Source: an uncultured Planctomycetia bacterium (GTDB lineage: Bacteria; Omnitrophota; Gorgyraeia; Tantalellales; Tantalellaceae). Taken from it: a stretch of DNA of 64,000 nucleotides. Positions 15,001 to 20,800 of the stretch are shown here, piece after piece. The DNA is taken from positions 41,269 to 105,268 of the forward strand of contig CAYQUS010000003.1 of NCBI GenBank assembly GCA_964421015.1, given 5' to 3'. Positions within the stretch are counted from its first letter, which is position 1. Every line of letters starts with the position of its first letter. Below the pieces are notes generated by a model. The model had not been told where the DNA came from. It did not search any database and was given only the letters and a program-made list of their open reading frames with translations. The position numbers and the translations under genes were made by a program.

Positions 15001-17329
15001 CGACGGTGTCTCGGCTCCCACCGAGGCTCAGCAGGTAGAGCTCTATTCCGCTCTTGCTGAAAAAGCCGGCGACAAGATAGTAACTTTCAGGACTTTCGAC
15101 AAAGTGGACGATAAAGAGTGTCCCGCTCTTCCCGTAGAGGACGGCAGACGGAGTTTTGATTATTACAGGACACCTGCCGGGAAAGAAGCTTTCACGGCGC
15201 AGTTAAGGGCGCTGTACAAAGCCGCTTTGAGACATGAAAATATCAGGATAATGTTCCCGATGGTAAAGGACATATCCGACATAGAGTTCATAGCTTCGGT
15301 AGCCAGGGAGAACGGCATGAGTCTCGACCGGGTGAGCCTGGGGATAATGATAGAGACCAGAGAACTTCTGGAAGATGGGAACGGTGATCTTTTCGGAGAG
15401 ACAGGCAGTGTTTCTCCCGTCAATATAAGCGCTCTGGCGCTTAAGGCGATACTGTCTAATCAGGCTGTTCCGATAAGTTTCGTCAGCGTGGGGAGTAACG
15501 ATCTTACCTCTGCCGTAAAAGGAAAACCGAGGACAGATATAACCGATGATGATTTCGACAAGGAGATGCTGGTGGTGCTAGAAGGTATAGCCATTGCCCT
15601 CAGACAGGAATATTACAGGAGGGTAGAGAGCGAAGATGATATGGCTGAACTTGAAGAAAGAGAGCCCAGGGCAATACAGCCTGTAACTATGGGTATATGC
15701 GGAGACGCGGCCAAGTTCGACATAACTTTCCTTTTCAGCCTGTACCTGTACAAGACCCATGGGGTGCTTCTCACACCGAGCGCCGTAAGTTCAGTTATTC
15801 CAAGAAGGAAAGCGCTTATTCCTTTTACCAACGCCGAAGGATGGGTAACGTCTTTCGACCACGGCTGGTGGAATCGTACGGAAGAAGAAATAGCCGGCAT
15901 GGTAAGAGCCAAGGTGGACAAGGTTATAGGCAAGATACGCAAGTCCCCTGGCTATATTGAGATGATAAGAAGAAAAGTCAGCGACAGGGTAGGTATGCGG
16001 AAGATGACCGGGGCTCTGGCGATGGCCGGTTTCGGCGGGGAAGGCCTGAAAGTTTTCGGAGAAAAGGTTTCCGAGCTCATGTACGGCTATGTTCCGGAGC
16101 ATCTTGATTCAGTGCTTCCGGCTATGGCCATACTTATACTTTTGGGCGCGCTTGCCTGGAAAGCTTTCTGGACCGCGGCGGATACTAAGAATGAAGCTTT
16201 GCTGGAAGAACAGCTGACGGAACTTTCCTTAAAGCCTTCCGGCCAGAGGAGATGGCCCTCTATGGTTCATGTTATAGGGGTCCAGACATCTATGACCCAG
16301 GCGGAACTTGATATGGAATTTCCGGGTTTCAAGGCCGGCGGGGTAGACATATTGGCCCTTCCGGAAGGGAAGACAAACGAAGAGAACCTGCTTTTACTCG
16401 AAGCCGCACGAAGAGAGCGCAATACCGTATGGTCAAGCTATGTGGACGCTTCGGCTCTTGAAGCCGCCGGCGGAATATCCAGTCTCGGCAGGGTGGCGCT
16501 TGATATGACGAGAGAAATAGAGAAAAGAGAGACCGAGAAGTTCCTTGAGGAAAATTCTCTTGAAGAAATAGAGTCGCTGCGGTCGGCTCTTGAAGGGATA
16601 CTGAAAGAAATGAATCTCCCGGCCATGCTTCCGGAAATCGGGCTTCTCAGCCTTTATAACCTGAGGATAACCGACAGGGCCAGATCCGGTATGCCAGGAT
16701 GGCTTGACGCGACCACGCAGTCTTACATCGAGCGTGAAGATAAGGAATCTCTCGTTCATGTTACCGTGAGTTCTCTGGCCGAAGTTAAGACGCAGGCCGA
16801 AGCTTTCAGGCTAAGAGATCCCAGGAAACTTAAGCTGAGAGTTACCCTTGCAGTCGGTGACGAAACAAGCGAAGACGAACTTGCGGCTATGAAGACCGGC
16901 AAGGCGGCTCTAATGAAGAGTATGGACGTGGACAAGCTTATAGGCGAGGGCGATCTTGAAATAGTAAGAAGGTCCGACATAAAAGCCGGTCTTACCGACG
17001 CTACAATGGCGGCCATACAGTCCGCCAGGAGCACGGGAGGCGACGTTATAAGCGTAGACAGGGTAGAGGATGCCGGCAACCAGGCTAACCAGAACCTGCC
17101 AAAAGGCGTTCTCGAAATGAGGTACAACCAGTACGCTACTGCCGACGTGTTCGACACGGCGCTTAGGGTGCTCGCAAGAGGCGGAGTGGTAGGAGATATC
17201 GCTTCAGCGATAGGCCTTGATCCGTTGACTAATGGAGTAATTATGTATCTCAGGGAGATCAAACCGGAAGATATGGGTACACTTAAAGCCGAGTTCGAAA
17301 GGTACAGAGAGATACTTACCAGAGCGTAA
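2..17329 (+). CDS. Giant (>=5775 aa, 5' end outside window) polytopic membrane multidomain protein. Beta-rich N-terminal region, acidic Thr/Glu/Lys low-complexity linker, many clustered TM helices, ComEA-like helix-hairpin-helix module, C-terminal PEP-utilizing-enzyme phospho-His-like and PEP/pyruvate-binding TIM-barrel domains
   Basis: Uninterrupted 17.3 kb ORF ending TAA 17327-17329. Translation shows 'INTATLEELQTIPGVGPVLAERILEYRQ..VSGIGEKKLESI' (HhH, nt ~11440-11625). 'GANELTGHYAVVAGASGM' lies at nt ~14585-14640. 'GLVRTEYMYDG..PTEAQQ..IVTFRTFD', 'IMFPMVKD' and 'VSVGSNDLTSAV' mark a PEP-utilizing TIM barrel (nt ~14900-15560). Hydrophobic helix clusters at nt ~6000-7800, 9890-10560, 10980-11860, 13150-13680. 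Followed by a palindromic terminator-like repeat. Confidence 0.8.
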   Translation: METLFKAFHYLFKFRDADLVVKDGMLYAKLRKPYQFSELETLNTGDTIVMSLADGKVRQIRIDTVLSENAVVSEGNLWKEFNYEPFAGKVDLGNISSVPAEGFESGVRSYGAGSEKLTVTEYSRDNWEFLKTSFTFINELGEDSVSFTMAETEDVQGLSDPQKTVWIDFHDTARTTRKYVGELEISPEGAKINPTVTDRPILIEDVTHPEGRHDLLSMKKFGIFDEKNPTEQKFFEMDKDGKMFRGVSLEFSDTFDHGIVVVYERVKDAAPGSDEIMMRKTEYVADGVRDFDEYLREYASSGNVSGLEWISEGVYGIREGLDIQGKKKEIWDTYEYRHMNGEYYTVTEVPGDGTDYGVETKSYIQKGRNVFGREYERSFTTLVRDSKVITEQSIQFLAPGEEYKDETGSQRTDFAGRVQTAVKMRPDEVTDIEVLTGAEKVAPGDKAELTRGAIEIPEASFEGIPEEERFVFRTESKEMRFIEGMPRVVKEETRITDSRGEILYTVTTNYRFAWDKGTMEKESTEILVYDNTADENGENKDEVRKYVVEYSPEYPAGRFMERGRYISRDKFLYLASEGKAVRKILNYVDGSEVEREVDLFRYVDRDHPSIDEVYETERWSDPAEDGGARETAVIRVSSMDKRGVSLGMTASDSRVIFTDNDGKETASVPFPQAEEATFERIESSGEIRSLDGALLGNIDLENGMVNVVFGGDQADGPGKVIVLPEGAYLGRSVVRRPVGLASDGKTVEFETITSSFGIYDITGKPYYKHTTEKYPEAEDKAEAHTIVKYNENDKTMSEWLYVIGVSSDSDKRSAELNNPVVSSRHALTRYHGLKDDFYQIELEEKDRIKRDALSGRYSTEDDYQTSYVYDKNGFASQRDSGTLPLASETKVFDPVTQSMKTIEENVYFYNEETGERFIVDVTGILPAEVDKNDPAAVLKYLDETGQTVTVFRTLMPIEMQFEAEQWRTTVSEKEGKISVNYTDPGASLELLRIKHPDSEHFGGTYITVLLSGKAGAYEVEGVFMGKGVHLFYGVAGKKRVREGEELPKDIVTIDPVTGQVLGVREDVLEGWKETRSVSFAYDKGDETVVLNIPGVMSSDELGIPNPDRGDGVFYLQKKVRMPDGQVAFVIAEFKVKLKEGQTYAEALDELAAKRNSLTLEIDFESAGNSLKDLGTLEYLYFPCHMGDDKAQLYQMKIEMNPDRTIGDVVTLNPMEDFKADTNRGWEFEYKEESAPGLTEISKTGTEISLQDVEILMDIAPAELLPREFSIWGEETMRWVKTPQPEGDVMVEYFKPGQTKAFKVTWEIGENEEAKALVEGALAGLPENSIFGKDADKKIKDVVYTFAKENNITDSALLAQGLERAIEMEKVFEEVLGRESGTLASSVSPESRPAMASSVLYWTGKLSVQKDASTGAVTGFSRIGRSLGNRAIQMKPAVVKAMQDLYTKYGSDAQKEGIAAFTTAGTGEELVVLDMAISLAATDITTDRAMKDPAQVISAADMLFDGESYDRAEQGILSDLRKAAVKEFQGILDGTIAQSLSVTIESFMKGKVLAEAENLVEAIQNKPADADESVEKGIEIWKKVVRTYYEAYGDILFSEFVDNRRKAPNMYAFHAQDLKSKVTEILEEAGMENLASEITPEIKVPEVKPEEAALSISLDEMGLNIRPEALTPKVILSENEDLNGKGAVYFYASNETSEEAPGTRNLAGKTVTVTGKMPYQADPDSPIVIALTDTNGNTMAATATVGEDGNLTAVFEKVPASEDFDGTSVVLMETRFAMASTTPPVWSVMGIMVAYMFASFMFMVVRKVRGYGKLLRLSKAGAELKAKTPIPMTGFIADFIRDLGYAWRSDRSFTGAAFKVFFIGLFNIFRGKPAEKKEETKKVKEEEKTETTATDTAREKASLQPLETTKDAEETAVPAATTEAVEEVAIEPAPVTEEEIQTEVDMELVHLGVKEMAHAIRGWVDDIKVDFRMIGIQQEEAGIFLPFMRSSEIWEFSDYAAKPKYSLSNITRGLSMVGLGLAIYGLAGFGGALTWIYPVALMLILPGFFNWLAVAKVSVPGSIGFVLMHTILPLFGMSHPAISVVFSAIFIALYVAAPFYKYLRAISDPNSYVEKQRGQLETLRSMVWIMQNGDESLQRAADWLRSHGDQGQKLEKEELANIADNKDLNLSSEAILYLKARSVWYSKERGKLGLTRKQVIERLELLARFNKNVLPHIKDLRRWRRSHDVGAGTSWIGAKVPGGELEELPEFSKELESTLKELDELVVSTPNEGSFRKDAPFYLLGAGMAMLAGGIGVIFTTGIVVPIVIGVIAVTVSFMLLVAGLGKIRESEMIMSPGRDMKKLWRDNFRIIYSTSSGHELKALALWKGLQEITAAISRETLVIKAEETLSRNRFVNIVQGSLNKMKTALTNVRDTAIVRGFFDSFHLSRNEEFVRKVHMLFNVVVFVLVISVVLQLATFTGLFAVKELANLVLAGEFLSFSEVFAKPFYVLEIGKAIFTSYELQSPFTAVILAFTQTAVFGTTVIMGLWLALGKFVFYFLGDNARHYPQEKVVTSRRVWLNVGIGAAAAIAFAVIPGGSWLAVIGRAVSAVFVGISVFRFFIMRTASTRFKAIVEQDKLLTKDSPMPRVTALTEAQWDEMKRESFDNFVDTVLSRYNAEEQRVILKANEVGKENLSDMEKMVYERTLGRGAEPSRSKYKNFDRASLEEEYKKLTTENLLNRMSGAGFENLKRALGLDCEDLKLWHIQSEDESIKFIANSIKDNETRKKNFENSRNAIKGLSPDVLRDIIDGDLLERRVVLMYDLLPKFTPWIVVVDGAKETPKLVNYLVGYRYPLQRIRIVFAGENWDNGTDDFVQKGKSNSSIPPQLIFRGMPVREDNLNEVDIKKLPREERKKMLMAWVQANHPYTKPGANTSVLDDSDGTSGIIYDAENTPHPLQPLEFILGVMDGVATVRRLSDKFTKAYASSEIGEEDNAAVSVKKASALLEKTLPEYGRALDEKDISDSLRFNIKQKGILKRQMRYFVKHNLKTLLEITEKDPKLFSTGMLFEYIKEQVKAGRSLLEDKEMRELLNLYIVLCNMPGYGEAATEYIKGTLTKDAFVKELIKGEFRRVNEPKNGQGRLAKITNALEFAGPDKGAGSQGSVAAFMYGEYASWYDPGWSGFMASQDTFKPLGGTTGYFCTEVIEEIDWQDQDVQTKLSFTAEENDIVKQHYVTKNKLLAIGAWDEFQVAEDYMLGFVTWWYGFNIAGFMSLTPENPAGFEAEVGYKFRPKQLSRWIKGYNIGLVVLTENWSNVSELWERKGWWGFFVFLVPTLSSAVNPLLFIAARFITQLWWIFFVPVETIRTFLVNITFMDAGSYIQGMLQATQLDTLLLNFQDSVVWFITENLNYLDWSLGAPIVVLPFALHAYFTLRGIFRGVDNRLGMERILAEHDELLEDAQKADPAVVKEVEDRIKAIKEGSLEEVPGLVSPKPFILAASALIGAFVTIIAMPFIVSSGVTFLAGVGVWVAVSLIISLGVNKLTRWYVDSAVKKKANKTPEEEAAEKEEKSIRAMAVRAGSANLFIAFYHATVYLPGNTMAWSEIISGGRTGYWWRTPRVVGQIAQVKKRQDRKFALGEAKIAEFPKPQKEDKVAEDEFIEAFKEKMTKDELIERDLEHTRLWTRLIYGWGFVGAMLLLVAYNFRMNLRDQFITSIVSPFMSGSAPTTYIYQLASSNPLIALGIVAGSIAMAGLLFAVSRSRGRSAVPEASRQETLTLEPRTEEEVIPETGEVKSEAPVAPKPKVPAVGIGIEVSEEEGALLETFETLEEIQAKVNINTATLEELQTIPGVGPVLAERILEYRQTNGDFESIEDLLKVSGIGEKKLESIREYVDIPLELPAASHAVPISNKVGIPIGSIAMLFGAAILASMSAGAEMTGDALPTKGARLFASISGVEIALVAGVIALLVYGAIKLRNYSKANALKLSYKGFSVPMSIAIPLSKLVRNSEDRAAVMDMINRTAYTKIRKEPATWHFETKGEIVEQWPSRGGDDNRYGPWVEDRTWEEKVVDSYKDVEYPVFTKTAELVSNSAELGKVFAETKASLAVKRARQNEYQKMFDVSGEDESFNALGKIYAFYELFPGADFTLDNIFHIDGFSGLESRALFSKLAGQINDIEKLRAIAVLVLMRVEGINRELVETLANQVEDIEDLYVLESVLRENVSLLRSSEVPVYQGITEEVYLRTDTVDVKQHLDWIETASVPVYETRQIDDFVGYRTVNEYDFSKLEELAANTETLNRVFAETKVRLADEKGLPAEEVTAQAPLTTETTGIAEIEYTSEQVITDKLAETALSMGYDSTVVTELVDKTLQRTVTYNEDGTPNFGRLEALMENPIALGRVFEVLSADIHPISWQTSAWAAAFYGALSVIIGIGSVSGLSLGGNFVPLMAGALAIVASIYAVQAADVSYGVLAGAPSALISPFANALPAEEGYITYVRSGRLHVNAEEMAKRPKALQWLYYSHEYLHLKGVYSHAAVYGLQGVLMAVTAGLGVILVSTAAAMSPAAVSGVGIMALGTYSASGHAETVGKPEKVNVLKSNSVPNSVYNGVVYRYDPKEEAPKDEESMMAYLEETMLDYGRQGMERYSGKLSQDNIKDELTHLNGVRSYIMSSTGDMTVEYFMMMETFGKIKTAEGSDMPVYQLMNVLADEQNWRARAKIYANNGTYADFKQIVDLFRKAAEQMAESYRIDPSDSELEIEKLAVVVSEPGFISEVSGTPGMAELLEGALPDVAEIIRQGYTANFALRRWLETPGNVDLTLAEKVVNMVSSSLSAMHDEELARFMEETLPGGKYAGRPVIIVADNFLASEEEIRMLTEKFGIKAYVSSKGANELTGHYAVVAGASGMSIAAGLEESVLAGINTGDSLSFFVEEHGEDAYLLFTREDGRDFNEEANSWMLTRMLSVTALQDYYAESSSGDVKQTIDRVKFPVFGNINLPLSTDRAVGMLDSLMESGADGVGLVRTEYMYDGVSAPTEAQQVELYSALAEKAGDKIVTFRTFDKVDDKECPALPVEDGRRSFDYYRTPAGKEAFTAQLRALYKAALRHENIRIMFPMVKDISDIEFIASVARENGMSLDRVSLGIMIETRELLEDGNGDLFGETGSVSPVNISALALKAILSNQAVPISFVSVGSNDLTSAVKGKPRTDITDDDFDKEMLVVLEGIAIALRQEYYRRVESEDDMAELEEREPRAIQPVTMGICGDAAKFDITFLFSLYLYKTHGVLLTPSAVSSVIPRRKALIPFTNAEGWVTSFDHGWWNRTEEEIAGMVRAKVDKVIGKIRKSPGYIEMIRRKVSDRVGMRKMTGALAMAGFGGEGLKVFGEKVSELMYGYVPEHLDSVLPAMAILILLGALAWKAFWTAADTKNEALLEEQLTELSLKPSGQRRWPSMVHVIGVQTSMTQAELDMEFPGFKAGGVDILALPEGKTNEENLLLLEAARRERNTVWSSYVDASALEAAGGISSLGRVALDMTREIEKRETEKFLEENSLEEIESLRSALEGILKEMNLPAMLPEIGLLSLYNLRITDRARSGMPGWLDATTQSYIEREDKESLVHVTVSSLAEVKTQAEAFRLRDPRKLKLRVTLAVGDETSEDELAAMKTGKAALMKSMDVDKLIGEGDLEIVRRSDIKAGLTDATMAAIQSARSTGGDVISVDRVEDAGNQANQNLPKGVLEMRYNQYATADVFDTALRVLARGGVVGDIASAIGLDPLTNGVIMYLREIKPEDMGTLKAEFERYREILTRA

Positions 17330-17340
17330 CGCATACGAAT

Positions 17341-17383
17341 ACACATTAGTGCCAGGCACCTATGGTGCCTGGCACTAATGTGT
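17341..17383. repeat. 43-nt perfect palindrome (REP-like / terminator-like), copy 1, 12 nt after the ORF1 stop
   Basis: acacattagtgccaggcacc-tat-ggtgcctggcactaatgtgt, with 20-bp arms. Confidence 0.9.
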
Positions 17384-17643
17384 GATAAGCGTCATTCTGA
17401 TGCCCCGATAGGGGCTGAAGAATCTAGAGGCATTAGATCCTTCACTTCGTTCAGGATGACGGAGAGAAGTCAGCTTAAAGAAGCCACCTTGCGCGCGGCA
17501 AGTATTTCCCGGCCGCCTCAGGTGGTTTCGTGGTCTCTGGGATAGAAAAAGGTTTTCAAAAAATGGATCCTGTTGAATATCAGGTACTTGTTGATCTCAA
17601 TAAAGCGCTTTTACGAGTATTGCAGGCAGCTTAATTAACGAAT

Positions 17644-17685
17644 ACACATTGGTGCCAGGCACCATAGGTGCCTGGCACCAATGTG
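17644..17685. repeat. Palindrome copy 2 (variant, loop inverted: ..caccATAggtg..)
   Basis: acacattggtgccaggcacc-ata-ggtgcctggcaccaatgtg. Shares 5' flank cgaatac with copy 1 and 3' flank aaaaagttag with copy 3. Confidence 0.85.
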
Positions 17686-17734
17686 ATAAAAAGTTAGATT
17701 CCATGTTAGTTATGAAAAATCTTGTTATTTTTCA

Positions 17735-17763
17735 TTGAACCTATGTTCGCCTGATAGTACAAT
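17735..17763 (+). promoter_or_regulatory. Sigma70-type promoter of the 4131 aa giant gene
   Basis: TTGAAC (17735-17740), 17-nt spacer, TACAAT (17758-17763), ~40 nt upstream of ATG 17802. Confidence 0.5.
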
Positions 17764-17801
17764 GTCATGTATAGCATATAAAAAGTTAGAAGGCGGAGTT
17801 C

Positions 17802-20800
17802 ATGCATAAAAATTCACCGTTTTTGCGGTTGGTGGCAGTATTTTTATCTTTGGTCTTTTTTCTTCAGGAAACAGGAGTAGCGGCTGCGGCTACGCAAGTC
17901 CCCGGCGCGTCTGTTCCAACGGTAAAAGTGTCTCCCGAGGCGTTTACCGAACCTGAAATAAAACTTCCTCTTTCCGTTGCTCAGACCGAGAGCTGTTTTT
18001 TCGGTTGCGGCGGAGAAACCATAATCAATATACAGGACGACCATTCGTCTCTTTCCAGGCAGTATTCAATAGTGAACGTTCTGGGAGAGCTTTCATCTAA
18101 CTACAATATCAACGTTGTGGCTATCGAAGGAGGAAGGGGGTATATAGACACCTCTCTACTTAAAAGCCTTCCCGACCGGACCGTAAAAGAGAAAACCGCT
18201 GATTATCTCATGAAGCAAGGGACGATATCGGCCGGCGAGTTTTTCTCGGTAATGTCAGAGGGAGATGTGGCTCTCTACGGCGCCGAAGAAAATGAGCTTT
18301 ACCAGAAGAATCTGGAGCAATTTCGGGCGATATTTTTGAATAATGCCGGAAATAGAAGGATACTGTCGGTACTCATCGAAGAGCTGAAACGAAAAGAGAA
18401 GAGAGTATATTCCGAAGATCTTTGGAGGTTCGTGTATCGCTCGCGCCTTCACGCGGAGGGCCGGCTGAGCCTGGAATCATATTGGGATTTTCTTGTTAAT
18501 GAGCTGGGCCTTGCCGGGGGAAAGATCTCGGATTATCCCGTAATATCAAGTTTTGTAGGGACAGTGGAACTTGAGCGTGAAATAGATTTCGAGAAAGCCA
18601 CAGCGGAGAGAAAACAGCTTATAGACAGGATAATGGAGACGTCTCCTGCTGAAGCGGCAGAGGAACTTGTGGCGAGATCTGTAGATTTTGAGAAAGGAAA
18701 GGTCGATGAAGCGGGGTACCACGAATGGCTCCTGAAGTTTGCCGTTTCCCGGGGAGAGGAACTTTCCGGATATGCCGAGCTTGTTAAATTTTCCAGCTAC
18801 TCTTCATCCTACAGGGAACTTGATGTAACCGCCCTCCATAGGGAACTTGCAACCGCCGAGAAAGAAATTTTTAACAGTCTTTGCGCCGCAAAAGAAGAGT
18901 ATGATCTTTTTCAGGCGGTATCTTCAGCGGAGAAGCTCAAACGGCTTTTCGAGATACGGCTTTCGGCCGATGACGTTGACTCTCTCAAGGAGCTGGCGGA
19001 GGGGCTTTCAGGTAAAAGCATGACGGCGTGGTTGGGCGAGGACGCCGCTGGAACGGCTTCCGGCAAGCTCAGGAAGATCCTTCCTGGGCTTGATAAGCTG
19101 GCGTCAGACGCCAAAGAGGCCATGAAGTTCTACGCGGTGGCCAGAGAGCGCGAGAAGAAAATGATAGCCAACACGGTAAGGGCCATGCGTAACGAGGGTA
19201 AAAGGGCCGCGGCCCTTATATCAGGAGGATACCACTCGTCGGGGCTATCCGGAATGATGAGGGAAAAAGGGCTGAGCTACCTGGTCCTTATGCCGTCCGC
19301 GCAGGGAAATGTGGACAGGTCTTACGTGGCGGTCCTTACAAGGAAAACCGGCCCGTACACGGAACTTGTTAAGAGCGGCTCTTATGAACTGGCGCTTGAA
19401 GCCTATTTCGATTCGGCGGATCTGGATTCATTCGAAAAGATGCTGGCCTTTATAGCGGCGGAGAACGTTATGTCCGGCAAGACACCCATGGACATAGAGA
19501 GGGAGAAAAAGGAGTGGATAGCCCGGCTTAAGGCTGAGCGTGAAACAATGCCCGAGAGAAGGGCCAGACTTTCCGAGCTTGTGGATATAGAGGCTCTTGA
19601 AGAAAGGCTTTCAAGCATTAAGGTGCTTCAGTCATCCGGGGATGAGTGCGAAGTTTCCATAGCCGGAAGGCTTTACCTTGTGGCGGGGGGGGAGGTCTCT
19701 CTTCTGGAAAAGGCCGCCAGGATGCCCGAAAAAAAGACAGATATGAACGTTTTTCTGCCGGCTCTGAAAAAAACTTACAAATTGCCAGGCCAGGCCGCTT
19801 TTTATTCTTCCGGAAGCCTGCTGGGAGAGATAGCCCTGAACTGGGCCGCGACAAGGGATTTCAAGAACGCCGCCGATTCCTTAAGGAAAACGGCGAGAGC
19901 CCGGAAAAAGAACCCCAGCATACTTGAGGCGGCTCTATGGAACATAAATGAGGCCGCCAAGATGATGAAAATGGCTCCTGAGATAAAGGAGATAATAGAT
20001 TCCCCCGAAAAAGTCACGGAAGTAAATTTCACGGTGGGGCTTGATGACGGCACGAGCGTGGAGATATGGGGTTTCAGGGCCTTGCATAACGGATCGCGCG
20101 GAGCGGGAAAGGGCGGGCTCAGGTGGCTTGTGGCTAAGGATGAAACTCCCGAAGACGCTATGAAGGCCGCTGTCGGGCTGGCTACTCTTATGAGCATAAA
20201 AAATTCCGGCGTAGGTATACCTTACGGCGGCGGTAAAGGCGATATTTTTGTTCCGGACAGGAAATATACCGACAGTGATAAAGCCCGGATAGTAAGAGCC
20301 TTCTCACGGGAGCTTACCCTGAAAGAAGCGGTAGGAACTTTTCAGGATGTTCCCGCGCCCGATAAAGGGACCGACGCTCGCATGATGGCCTGGTTCCTTG
20401 ACGAGCATATCCGCACACTCCTTGAGATGGGAAAGATACACGATAAGCTTCTCCAGGAAGAGCTGAGAAAAAATCTGGCGGATACCGATCCCGGTGAGCT
20501 TGTTCAGTCCGACGAGAAAACACCTTACCTGGATATTTACATCGATGTTCTTGAGAACGATGACACGGGCGTTTTGAGAGGAGTGGAGCTGGGAGTTATA
20601 ACCGGTAAGCCTTTGAGGAAGGGAAAGAAGGTTCAGCTTGGGTCTCTCGGCCGCACAAAAGCCACGGGGTTCGGCGGGTTCATAGCCTTCAGGTCAGTTC
20701 TGGAAAAGTTCTCCGCCATGAAAGATATGGACGGCGATGTAATAGCCGGAACACTTAACCCCTCAGTGAGGCGCGTACTCAAAAAGAATATAAGCGACAT

